From contig JALAGF010000277.1 of the NCBI GenBank assembly GCA_030167865.1, positions 62,001-117,784 on the forward strand: DNA of 55,784 bases, written 5' to 3'. This stretch comes from Craspedostauros australis (lineage: Eukaryota). A program made the position numbers and the translations under genes. The notes under the pieces are model-generated. The model was not told the DNA's origin. It saw only the letters and a program-made list of their open reading frames with translations, and did not search any database. The first letter of the stretch is position 1; each line of letters opens with the position of its first letter. This document shows positions 23,122-33,300 of this stretch, piece after piece.

Positions 23122-24636
23122 ATGATGACATCTGAAAAGGTCGCAGGTGAAGAGCTGCAGATGCAGAAAGGGTCACAAGATGATGTTGCATCCAATGGAT
23201 TCGTGACGACGTTGGAGGAGCGTCTCCAGCAGCGTTCTGATGAGATGGAAGAATTGCACATGGAAGCTGCCATCAATGCGGCGATAGGAGACGAGGGCGT
23301 TTCCGAGGAAGCGCAGGCGGTGGACGATGCCGTCGTTCCCAACTGCCTGAGTCCGTACGTTCCGACCAAGGCAGCGCACATCCGAGCGCTTCTGCAATTC
23401 GCAGATGTCACTGGGGCGGATACGATGCTGGATATCGGATGTGGCGATGGGCGGGTCTGCATCGTGGCTTCCAAGCTTTCAGGTCAGTTGCTGCTTGATG
23501 TCATCTTTTGCGATGTATAATAGTGATGATCAACTGTGCGCTATCGTACCATTCGCGACACCACTCCACAAAAGGCTGTGTAGTGCTGTCCAATGCAATG
23601 CCGTTGCCATGATTCAAACAATCCACTGAATGGTGCTGTGTTGCTTTTGTTCTCATGCATCAAAGTCACAACACGCATCCCTGGCGCCGCGCATGACGAT
23701 TACGATGAGAAAAGGGTGCAGCTGTGCCGTAGCAAATCCATACTCGTTGGCTATTTCGGCTGGGCTCTTAGTGTACTCGTACTCTACTTGATTGTAATTC
23801 ACTCGATAGGCGAGCATGGTGAACGATACGTTGTTTCAATCCATGCAAGGACAGGCGACGAAGGTTGCTAACGCCCTGCCTTGCCTCGCTTCATCTCGTT
23901 GGCTCTGTGTCACCCATCTCATCACTATCATGCTCCTTTTACGCCTGCGCAACGACTTGCCGATGCCCTACTCGTACATGCGACATGTCTCTCTCTCTCT
24001 CTCTCTCTCCAGGCTGCAAAAGCATCGGATTGGATGTGTCTCCCTTGTGCATCGATATGGCGCGGGATGTTGCGAACGAGGAGGGGCTTTCCCCAAACCA
24101 TTGTCGATTCGAGCAGGTGGACGCAACTGCGGATCCGGATGACGTGCTCAAACGTGAGTCCACACCTTGTCATTGTCGCATTGTTGCTGCTACTCCACCG
24201 TGGGTTACCCGTCCACGAAGCTTATTCGAGGAGAAGTGCGCTCGATTGGAAGTTTGAATTGGATGGGGCCTTTTCTGACATCTCGTATCTCTTGTGGAAT
24301 GACCTGAACGAACGCATGACACACACTCTCACGTTCGCACATTCACATCATTGCAAAGTCCGCAAAGCAGACGCAATCGAGTCATCCGATCCATCGCACA
24401 CAACCGACTTTGCGGAGATGCAGATCTCCCAAGTTCTGCGAAATGTGACAGTCGTATATCTCTTCACATTCCCAACTCTCCTGATCAAGCTGGTCCCGCT
24501 GCTTGCCAAGATGGAATCAGTCGGCCGATTGCGCTGTGTCGTGACGCAAACCTATCATCTACCTGCAGAAACCGCCACGGTGAGCAAGGTTGATGCCGAA
24601 TTCGATTTCAAGATGTACGATTCCATCGCATCGTAG
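23122..24636 (+). CDS. SAM-dependent methyltransferase, FAM173 (ATPSCKMT/ANTKMT)-like, 255 aa; exons 23122-23482, 24013-24153, 24371-24636
   Basis: SPYVPT, motif I LDIGCGDGRV, SIGLDVS, FEQVDAT, VTVVYLFTFP, VVTQTYH. Splice phases are consistent (768 nt); the exon 3 acceptor is less certain. Confidence 0.8.
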
Positions 24637-25791
24637 CATTGCGTGAGCGCGGTGCTGATTGGGCACTGATATGTATGGTGCGGAATGAAAGTACATGTGC
24701 GGATGCATGATGGAGTTGAAACGCCAACACACGAATGAAGGACCGAAGCCCGGCACGGACGCATCCAACGGATGAGCGGAGCGACGAATGAAGTTGTCGA
24801 AGACATAGTGCCCGTATTGTATGGTGTGCGGAATGAGTGGAACAATGAGTGAGACTACCTCCAGTGCTACAGTCACGCCACAACGACAGTTGATGCAATT
24901 TCCGCAATTGCACAATACACAGAAGCACGCACGATTTGACTCGAGTCATACTCTTCCTATCAAAACACACATTTCTTCATCCGCGCAGACTGACGGGCCT
25001 TTGTCTGCTGGTCTTGAACAAAGCGCGCTGCTTTGAGCTTGTCACTTGGTATCCTTGCGTTTTGCAATTGAATACTGCGACAACAATTGCGATGCGCAAG
25101 ACCGAATTAGCAAACCAAGACCCATCAGAGATACCTGCGCTAGTGTAGCCGTCAGCGTGTTCTTATTAGAATCATTCTCGGATCGTGGTCCTTCTTGGTG
25201 TGTGCATGGAGGCTCTTCTGCGTCCGTTGGATGTACGCAGTCTGTTGCGGTTATTGGAACCCCAGCGGTGGACGTACCGATTGATAGCGCGATAGCATAT
25301 GTGGCACGATCCACGCGCAGGTCATTGTAAAGCGAAGGAAAAGGAGACACGATCGTGGACAATGGTTCAACGCGGCGCCATCGTCATCATCATCATTGGA
25401 GTACACTTGTCTTCGCTTCCATCTTCATCTGTGATGTGGTCTTCATCAGAAAGACCGCGGGCGCTGTTGTGAGTTGGCCATGGCACCATCTTCTTCATCC
25501 GCTCTGAACCAGTCATCGTCTCCGCGTCGGTCGCGCCCATCATTTTTGGTTGGTGGTGGTTTGATGTCGCAGAAATTGGCGCCACGCCCGTTTCTCAGAT
25601 CGTCTGTACATCCATCCGTCATGGTGCCCACACATCACGCATCTCCCACCAACATCATCCACAGGAGATCTTGTGTCTCTTGGTGACACCACAATTGTTC
25701 CTCCAATTTGGGACAACGAGTTCGAACAGGAGGAGCACCATAGGTCACATAATAGAATACAACACTGGAGTGGCAGCTGGGAGATGATGGG

Positions 25792-27333
25792 ATGGACGGA
25801 TTGAGCGTTGATGAATTGAGCAAGATCGCCGCAAGACGGCAAATCGTTGCCCGTGCGATTCATGGAATCTGGACGGAGGATGGATCATACCCCTCGGGAT
25901 TGGCGGACAAGCTCCTTGATGGTCGCATCGACTTGATTGGTGAATATACTATGCTTGCCGACTTCCACGCTGCCATCGATCCATCCGAGCGGTCATTCTC
26001 GCGATGCGGGCCAAGGGCAATCCCATCTCGGGATTGTGGCACGCTGTCTGTTGATCAATTCCGCAGCCAATACATGTTTCCCAATCTACCTGTCATGATC
26101 ACTGGGCTCACGGCCTCCTGGAAGGCCAATGAGTGGCTGGGAGCATCGCCACTACCGACACCAGCAGCACAAGCAGCAGCCATGCAACCGGACATGGATG
26201 AGATGGAGCTTCAGTTTGGTCCAGAAATTGTCCCCGTTCATGAGCAGCTGTCGTCCGGTTTCACATTGCCCCGTCCGCTTGTGAACGAGATGACCTTCTC
26301 TGAGTATGCGGCTTGGTGGAGGAAGCATCAGCACGACCAACATAATCCGCCGCGTGATAATGGAGATGCCGTGCCCTCATCCTCAGTACAGGAACACGGA
26401 GACGTCGATTGCGACCAGACTTTGTTGTACTTGAAGGATTGGAAGTTCGTGGCGACGCACCCTTCCTTGCGCGCGTACGAATGGCCCAAGTACTTCCGCG
26501 ATGACTGGTTGAACGGTGCCATGGGATCTGCGTACAAATTCATCTACCTTGGTCCCAAAGGAACCAGCACGCGCCTTCACGCAGACGTGCTGCAATCTTT
26601 CAGCTGGTCTACGAATGTGTGCGGTAGAAAGCGATGGTACCTGATCCCGCCAGAATGCACCTACCTCCTCATGGATTGCTTCGGGCAGCATCTGGCACCT
26701 CACTTGCATGCCGACCTTGATTTGGGACTGGAATGCTTGTATCCTGGACTCAAGCATGCTCGCATGCAAGCCATGGAAGTGATCCAAGAGGCAGGCGAGA
26801 CCATCTTCGTTCCATCCAAATGGCACCACACGGTTGAGAACATCGCCGACACGCTCTCCATCAATCACAATTGGCTGAACGGGGCGAATATCCGGCACAG
26901 CTGGGACAAGCTGAAGAAAGAACTGCTTTCGTATGACTGCCAACCAATCGGTTCTGACGTCGTTGGAAATGGAAGCGCAGATGGCCAATTGAATGGCATT
27001 GGTGACAGCACGAAGACAAACACGAACACGAATGGCCAAACAGCACCGAGCGACAGCACCGGGGCCAAGGATACTTCGCAGGCAGCCGACGACCTCGTCC
27101 TGCTGTGGATTGTTGTGTCCAAAAAGGCAGAGCACATCTTGGCGCAATCAGGAGGATCCGTGGATGATTCGTCGAGCAACGACCTCAAGCAGATCTTGCT
27201 CATTTTGCGAGGTATCCAAGACGTCATGCAACAAGGCAAGGATCAAGGCTTATCAGGGCGATGCCGTGTGGACTTGGAGCCTCTGATGCACACAGTTGAG
27301 GATGCATTATCGTTGGCGGAAGCAAGCGAATGA
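25792..27333 (+). CDS. JMJD4: JmjC 2-oxoglutarate/Fe(II) dioxygenase, JMJD4-like
   Basis: PNLPVMITG, LLYLKDW, YFRDDWLN, FIYLGPKGTSTRLHADVLQSFSWSTNVCGRKRW, QEAGETIFVPSKWHHTVEN, SINHNWLNG; HxD...H triad intact. Confidence 0.9.
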   Translation: MDGLSVDELSKIAARRQIVARAIHGIWTEDGSYPSGLADKLLDGRIDLIGEYTMLADFHAAIDPSERSFSRCGPRAIPSRDCGTLSVDQFRSQYMFPNLPVMITGLTASWKANEWLGASPLPTPAAQAAAMQPDMDEMELQFGPEIVPVHEQLSSGFTLPRPLVNEMTFSEYAAWWRKHQHDQHNPPRDNGDAVPSSSVQEHGDVDCDQTLLYLKDWKFVATHPSLRAYEWPKYFRDDWLNGAMGSAYKFIYLGPKGTSTRLHADVLQSFSWSTNVCGRKRWYLIPPECTYLLMDCFGQHLAPHLHADLDLGLECLYPGLKHARMQAMEVIQEAGETIFVPSKWHHTVENIADTLSINHNWLNGANIRHSWDKLKKELLSYDCQPIGSDVVGNGSADGQLNGIGDSTKTNTNTNGQTAPSDSTGAKDTSQAADDLVLLWIVVSKKAEHILAQSGGSVDDSSSNDLKQILLILRGIQDVMQQGKDQGLSGRCRVDLEPLMHTVEDALSLAEASE

Positions 27334-27619
27334 AACAATGATGAGAACTCCACATTGGCGCGAATTGACGGAAATAACGAATAGAGAGCTTCTTCTATTC
27401 GTATCACGCACTCATTCAAGGGTGACTGCAACCACCATGCTGCTAAACTTTTGCCATCTAGAGTGTTTCCTGGCATCATGACCCGATTGTGATTGCAGGG
27501 TTCGTGTCCCTTGCGTTGCATGACGTTACATGCGTTGAACTGATTCAGAACAGCGGATCAATGCATCAATTCATCAATGTTCCTACGATGTTCCTACGAT
27601 GTTCCTCTCTGCATCAAAA

Positions 27620-28805
27620 TCAATCGACCAACATCTCCTTTTGGATCTTGTCTCGTGTCTCCTTGCCGAACAGCTGTTCTCCGAGCTCCAACGCAAATTT
27701 CAACGCCGTGCCAGGACCCTTCGATGTCGTCAGCTTGCCGGTGACGACAACTTCATCGTCCGATGGCTTGGTGAGCAATTCGCGGAACTGCGGCGCCGGG
27801 TAGCACGTCGCACCCTCCTCCAAGAGACCCTTGGGCGACAGCGCCACAGCAGGCGCTGCGCAGATCGCGGCGTACAGCTTATCATCCTGCTTCTGCTTCT
27901 CCAAGATTGTGCTCAATGCGTCGGAATCACGCAGGTGCTTGGCGCCTGGTAGTGATCATTGCCGTCATGTTCACATGCGTCATTGTATTGACACCAGACG
28001 GGAAAGGGAAGAGTCAGTATTCACAATCCAGTGAGCACAACCGTTTGAAGGACTGAATATGAGTACGATGATACCAATCCACATTACAACAGCAGTGCCC
28101 ATAGCAGCACCCACACCATACAATGCTTCAGCATATTGTCAAGCAAGCTAAACCTTTCTGGGCTGACACCACCGAGCGCACGGCACATTAAGCATCGGAC
28201 TTACCTGGCATACCACCTGGCAGTGCGACGAGATCCCACTCCTCCTTGGCGGCATCTTCCACCGACATATCCGCGATCACCTGCGGAGCAAGCGCGTACG
28301 AGCATAGAGCAGTGTCCGACAGGTAGAGGCAGAGATGGAATGGGGCAGTTCGTGTGAGGCTCTGGTTTCATGGTGATGTACTGTTGTATGGGGTGCTTGT
28401 CAACTGACAAAAGAACTCCCGCCACTGCAATCAACCATTGTGTACTCGTATTTGCGTCACCGGCAACTATTATTGTCAAGCTCGTACCTTGATGCCTCGG
28501 CTCATCGTGCAAATGAGCTCGCCATCCATGACGGAGGCAGTCTTCACCTCCGCGCCGAATCTCGTGAGAGTGTCGGTAATGCATGTAGTCTCAATCTCCT
28601 CGCTGCCATCACCGATGGGAACCAGAACGCGCTTCGACATGGCCAGATCGCTCGCAGTGCGTCCGAATGATCGACTTGTTGCTGCTGCTGCCGCTATCGA
28701 TGTTCTTGGGAAGGTTGTGGGAGACAAGGAACGGAACGCTCCTGATGTTCGTCCGAGAACGAGAATGGCGCACAAGCTTTTGCGGAAGGACCTTGTTGAG
28801 ATCAT
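27620..28805 (-). CDS. DJ-1/PfpI (YajL-like) deglycase/glyoxalase, 239 aa; exons 28805-28488, 28280-28205, 27945-27620
   Basis: KRVLVPIGDGSEEIE, DLVALPGGMPGAKHL, AAICAAPAV (catalytic Cys), ATCYP, LTTSKGPGTALKFAL. In-frame GT-AG introns (720 nt). Confidence 0.93.
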
Positions 28806-29023
28806 GTCTGAGGGCTCTGCACGAGTACGTGTGTTGTGCACCAAGCGTGTACCGGTGTGGTTCGAGCTATTGCAGAAGCACGTACGGTGTGTTTGTGTTC
28901 GCAGCCCTCTCCGCTCTGTTCTCTGCTCCATGCTCTGTGTCATGTCCTCTGTGTCCAAGGAGAGAGAGAAGTTGCACACGCGAAGCGCACCACAAGGTCG
29001 AAAGATACGAGAGTTCGCTTTCG

Positions 29024-30300
29024 CAGATGGTGTCATGATCCCACATTTCCAAGCAACTCATTCATGAGTGTCACAGGAGTCATGATTCAGCTGTGCTCGA
29101 CTTGCAGCTCATAGACTCTCTCTAGCCTGTAGAAGCAAGTTGGGACAGACTTGACCCAGGACTGTGTTGGGACCCACCTGCCCAGTTGTGTACATCATGT
29201 TTGGTACATCTACCCACCTGTGGGATGGGATGCTACCAGATGCATGGTGTGCAGCTTAACTTGTGAGCTGAACTTTGTGAAGCCTGAAGCCCATCAGCAG
29301 CAGTTGCATGAGTGACCAACCATCTTGCCCCAAGGGAACAAGTGTGTGTTCAGTGGCATCATGTACAGCAGCCAGTGGAGCAGCCAGCAATGCAAGCAGC
29401 TCAAGAGGAGGATATCAGAATCCTCTATCCTCTCTCCTTCAAGGCAGACAACAAGCCAATCAGGTTTATCAGCGCAACGCTATATATCTCTAACAGTAGT
29501 GACACCCATCAACCAATCAGAAATCTTCACATTTCTCACATTTTCCGTTCGGAACCGAAATTTTGGTCGAAATTCCGTTGTGTCAAATTTGTGTCACATT
29601 TTGCGTCGCAAGAACTGTTTTCTTGTCATCCACAGATTTTGGATGACATGGAGTGAATTTCTTGACAAGATGATTCCGGCGAAACACCTCTCGTCCAATC
29701 AGGGACGACCTTCCTTCTTGGTCGGGAGAGTGTGAATGACAATGACCTTCTCAAGCGAATGACGATCAATCATGTGATTGTACAACTAGCAACATCATGA
29801 GAGGACAAAAATTCGCAAGACAGGGTATTGTAGTGTTTTGTTCATCGACTTTTGCCAATTCTACTTCATGCAGTAACACGCACATTTTCGTTTTGTCTTC
29901 GTGTTAATTTCACTTGCAAATGCATGAGGCCTGTCATGTCTCTCTCATGCTCACAGTTCCAAGAAATCAATCTTGTGAGCTTGCCTGCATTCCAACTACT
30001 CATACAAATACTGCAATAACAAACACTCTCCTCACCAACAACAACAATCTGATCACTCTATGTTCTCAGCGTGGTATCCTTCAAACCCATCTAAGATTGC
30101 ATTCTAATAACCACCAACAACGTCGTCCACAGTCGCAAGAGTATCCGTGGGCAGACCTTGCCAATGGAATTGTGCAAGAGACACGTAGACCTAACTAAGC
30201 TTGTGCACTGCAGATCACAGAGCATTTGCAATCCCCCCTTCATGCTCCAGCATGGATATGGGTGGGATGTACACAAAGCCACATCACTTCTCCTGAATCC
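29024..30300. other. CpG-depleted intergenic island with a palindrome-rich core (possible methylated/decayed transposon remnant)
   Basis: No CG at 29100-29472, 29902-30069 or 30186-30299, while flanking DNA is CG-rich. Several short inverted repeats at 29543-29785. No transposon ORF found. Confidence 0.45.
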
Positions 30301-33300
30301 GCTTGATTCCAGCGGAAAGGCCCCCAGGAGGAATGTTTCTCAACCTTCGCATTTCCTCCACTCTTGAGATTAACCAAGGCGCCAACTCTTCCCTCCTGTT
30401 CTTGAACTTTGGCATGTGCTTGATCAGCCTGTAGTGCTCCCAAATGGCCACACAATCGTAGTACAAGTTGATGGAGCGTTTCACTTCCATTCTATCCTTC
30501 CACCGAGGATCATTCATGATGAAAAACATGACAAGTTGGAGGCTGTCAAAGAAGTCCTTGCGGTTCTGGAATCCCACGCCACGCTTGACTCCAGGAGGCA
30601 TGCAATAGATGTCATTGGGGCGATTCCCCCTTTCGATGGTCCAGCCTAGTTCATCCTTCAAGCAAGGCCATATTGTGCCCCAGAATATATCCGCCTTGAG
30701 GCGAAGCTTTGAGCTTCTCGACATCTCGACAATTGGGTTGCTTGGCTTGGGTTTCCGCTCAGATTGTGCATTGGACTCCTGCTTGTATTTCCGCTTGGAA
30801 GTGTTGGCCCGCACCATCTCCATGTGATCGATCGTGAGCTTTGTGATGCCTTCGGTGACAAGAGGCTTTACAAGTTCGGCATCTACGCCGACCGTTTGGC
30901 ACAGTTTCTCAATCGTGTAAATGCCGATCTCACCGAAGTATCGCTGGCAGAAGCAGTGCACCACGTAGATCACCTGCCAGACGATGTACCATTCCTCTGC
31001 AAGCTGCTTTGTCGACATGGGCTTGGAGCGTGCAGCCTCAGGACGGCCCTCCATCGTGGATGCTGCTGTCGGTCGGATCGACCTCGTGGCTGTCATCACA
31101 GTTTCCTTGGGGACGGACATGTTGAGTATGTTAGGATCGAGGCAGCACTCGCCAGAGAGGGACACTGCGTCCTTGTACGCCTGTAAATCAAACATGGCAG
31201 CCAGCAGTCCCTTGGATGCAGTTGTATGCTTGCCCAGCATCGAACGGGAGAAGCCACTGTTGGTTATCATGCTGTCGAGATCTTTTGCTCTGATGGAGGG
31301 CAGGTCATCGTTTTGTGTTCCGTCGAAGGCCAGGAATCGGTAAATGGAATCCATGCTGCTCGCATTGCCCTCTTTACTTCGGATGCACAATTGGCGAATA
31401 AGTGTAGCCGCTGAGCGAGCCCTATTCAATATCTTCCCCAGCAAGACCGCTTCCTGCGCTTTCTGTTCGTGGGTCAGTGCCTCATTGGATTCGCCACCAT
31501 GTGACGAGACGGGGGCAGCCTCCCGCCGTTCCATGAACGTATCGAAATCGATGCACATATTTGTGATTAGGTTGCGTCCAACACCGCACCAAATGCTCTC
31601 GTCCAAGGGCTTGACCAATTTATCCTGGAGGGGGTAGCATTGCTCGGAGATGCGTTCACGTCTTATTGCATCCTCGAGGTTAACACCCGCTGCATCGCGC
31701 AAACCCGGATGCCTGCGAAGATATGCAAGGAAGGGCATCGCCGATGGCCATTTGAATGCATCAAACCATACCTGTAGCTGCTGCTTCATGTCGGCCAGCC
31801 AATTGGATTGGGCGAAGATATTGCGATGTTGTCCGGCGCACAACAGGGTCACATGATCGCTGAACATCTGCCCCAACCATGCGATGCGCCGCAGAGCGAT
31901 GAGTTGGCGAGCTGTGATGGTAGCCGCCGGTTCGTCGCTTCTATGGCTGCTCTCGCCGTTCAGCACAGCTTGTATCATGCCCATGATGGCTTGCCGAGTT
32001 TCCACCTCGATTATTTCAACGAGAATGTACAACTTGTGGAAGGTGAGAGAGGAAATCATTCCCTGGAGCTTTTCGCGCTCTTCGAAGTCCCTCGAAATTT
32101 TGTTCCCCAGACGATCATCTGACTTCACCTTGCCATGGATGTTGACGATGCCGTAGCCCTTACGCTCGCGCACATCCTCGTACAGATCCTTGTAGTCCAC
32201 AAGTGCTTCGAATGTGTCACCAGGCTTCATCTCGTGATCGATTAGCAGGAAGTACATCACGGTGCGCCCAGCACCACATTGGAGGGCATGCACTGTCTGT
32301 TTGCATTTCGGATCATGGCCAACTTCGTTCACGTACATGGGGATGTTCCTCCTTGCAATCTCATGAGGCTCACCCGTCACATCGGACGTGATGTCGGCGT
32401 ACTGGACCTTCCCAAGTAGTGCCTCCTCCACCGCAAATCCCCACTGTCGCGTCGTGTCACGTCGCAATATGCGGTGCAGGTATCAGTTTGCATGCCATTG
32501 CATCGTAAAAAGGCACGTCGATGCAATGAAAAGGCGTACGCCGCAAGGTAGAGTAGAGCAAACGAGATTATATACAATACACGAGGATTTGAGAAAACGA
32601 AAAAGGAGAAGAGATGCCGGTGGAGAGCGCAAGGAACGGGTTAGTGCTGTATGCGATACGGGACCCATGCAGTGACGTGTTGGTTCTTCCGGTTCCTTCC
32701 CAGATGCCACGCGAAGTCGCTCGCCGGCTACCTGCAGTGCAGCGCAGTGGACATAATCGGTGAGTTTCCCTTTCGCTGCTTCCCGTTATTATCTTTTTCC
32801 GTCACAGATGTGCTTCACTTACATCTCCAGGCTCGTTGTCGAAAATGAAAGACTTCACGTCGAAGTGATGGTCTGTTTTTCGATCTACTCGTACCAAGCG
32901 GTGACAGAGTGTCATCAAGCCAACACGAATTCATCGAGAGTGGTGGGAGCGCAATACAGTGGAATGCAATGCAACGTTCATCGGTCAGTACAGAAATGGC
33001 GGCTGAGGATGGCGAGCAGGGGACGGCAGAATCCAGATCAGCAGAAACGACCGGAGAGATCGACAGACAGCACCATGTCTGCCAGTGCCCGCATTCGCCA
33101 CAACAGCGTCCATGAATGTAGGGCAATTCCAGCAGAGGCAAGAGCAAAGCACTATTGCTCGTATGCCCGTTATTCGCATTCATCTCTCCATGTATCCATG
33201 CATTCGCACTTTCGATCATTCTTTGCGATTGCGAACACGATTACAACAGCACAAAGCGTACCTTCCTTCCGAAATGGACCGTAGCGCCCAATGTTGACCA

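Noticed and set aside
23523-23629. Possible intronic C/D snoRNA (GTGATGA...CTGA with 9 nt complementary to LSU rRNA UGGAUUGUU)
   Set aside because: Guide too short, no terminal stem or clear C'/D' boxes, and the predicted target appears one base off the known methylated site. snoscan could revisit it.
29024-30300. Centromere candidate
   Set aside because: Only mildly AT-shifted and short, unlike the multi-kb strongly low-GC centromeres described for Phaeodactylum.
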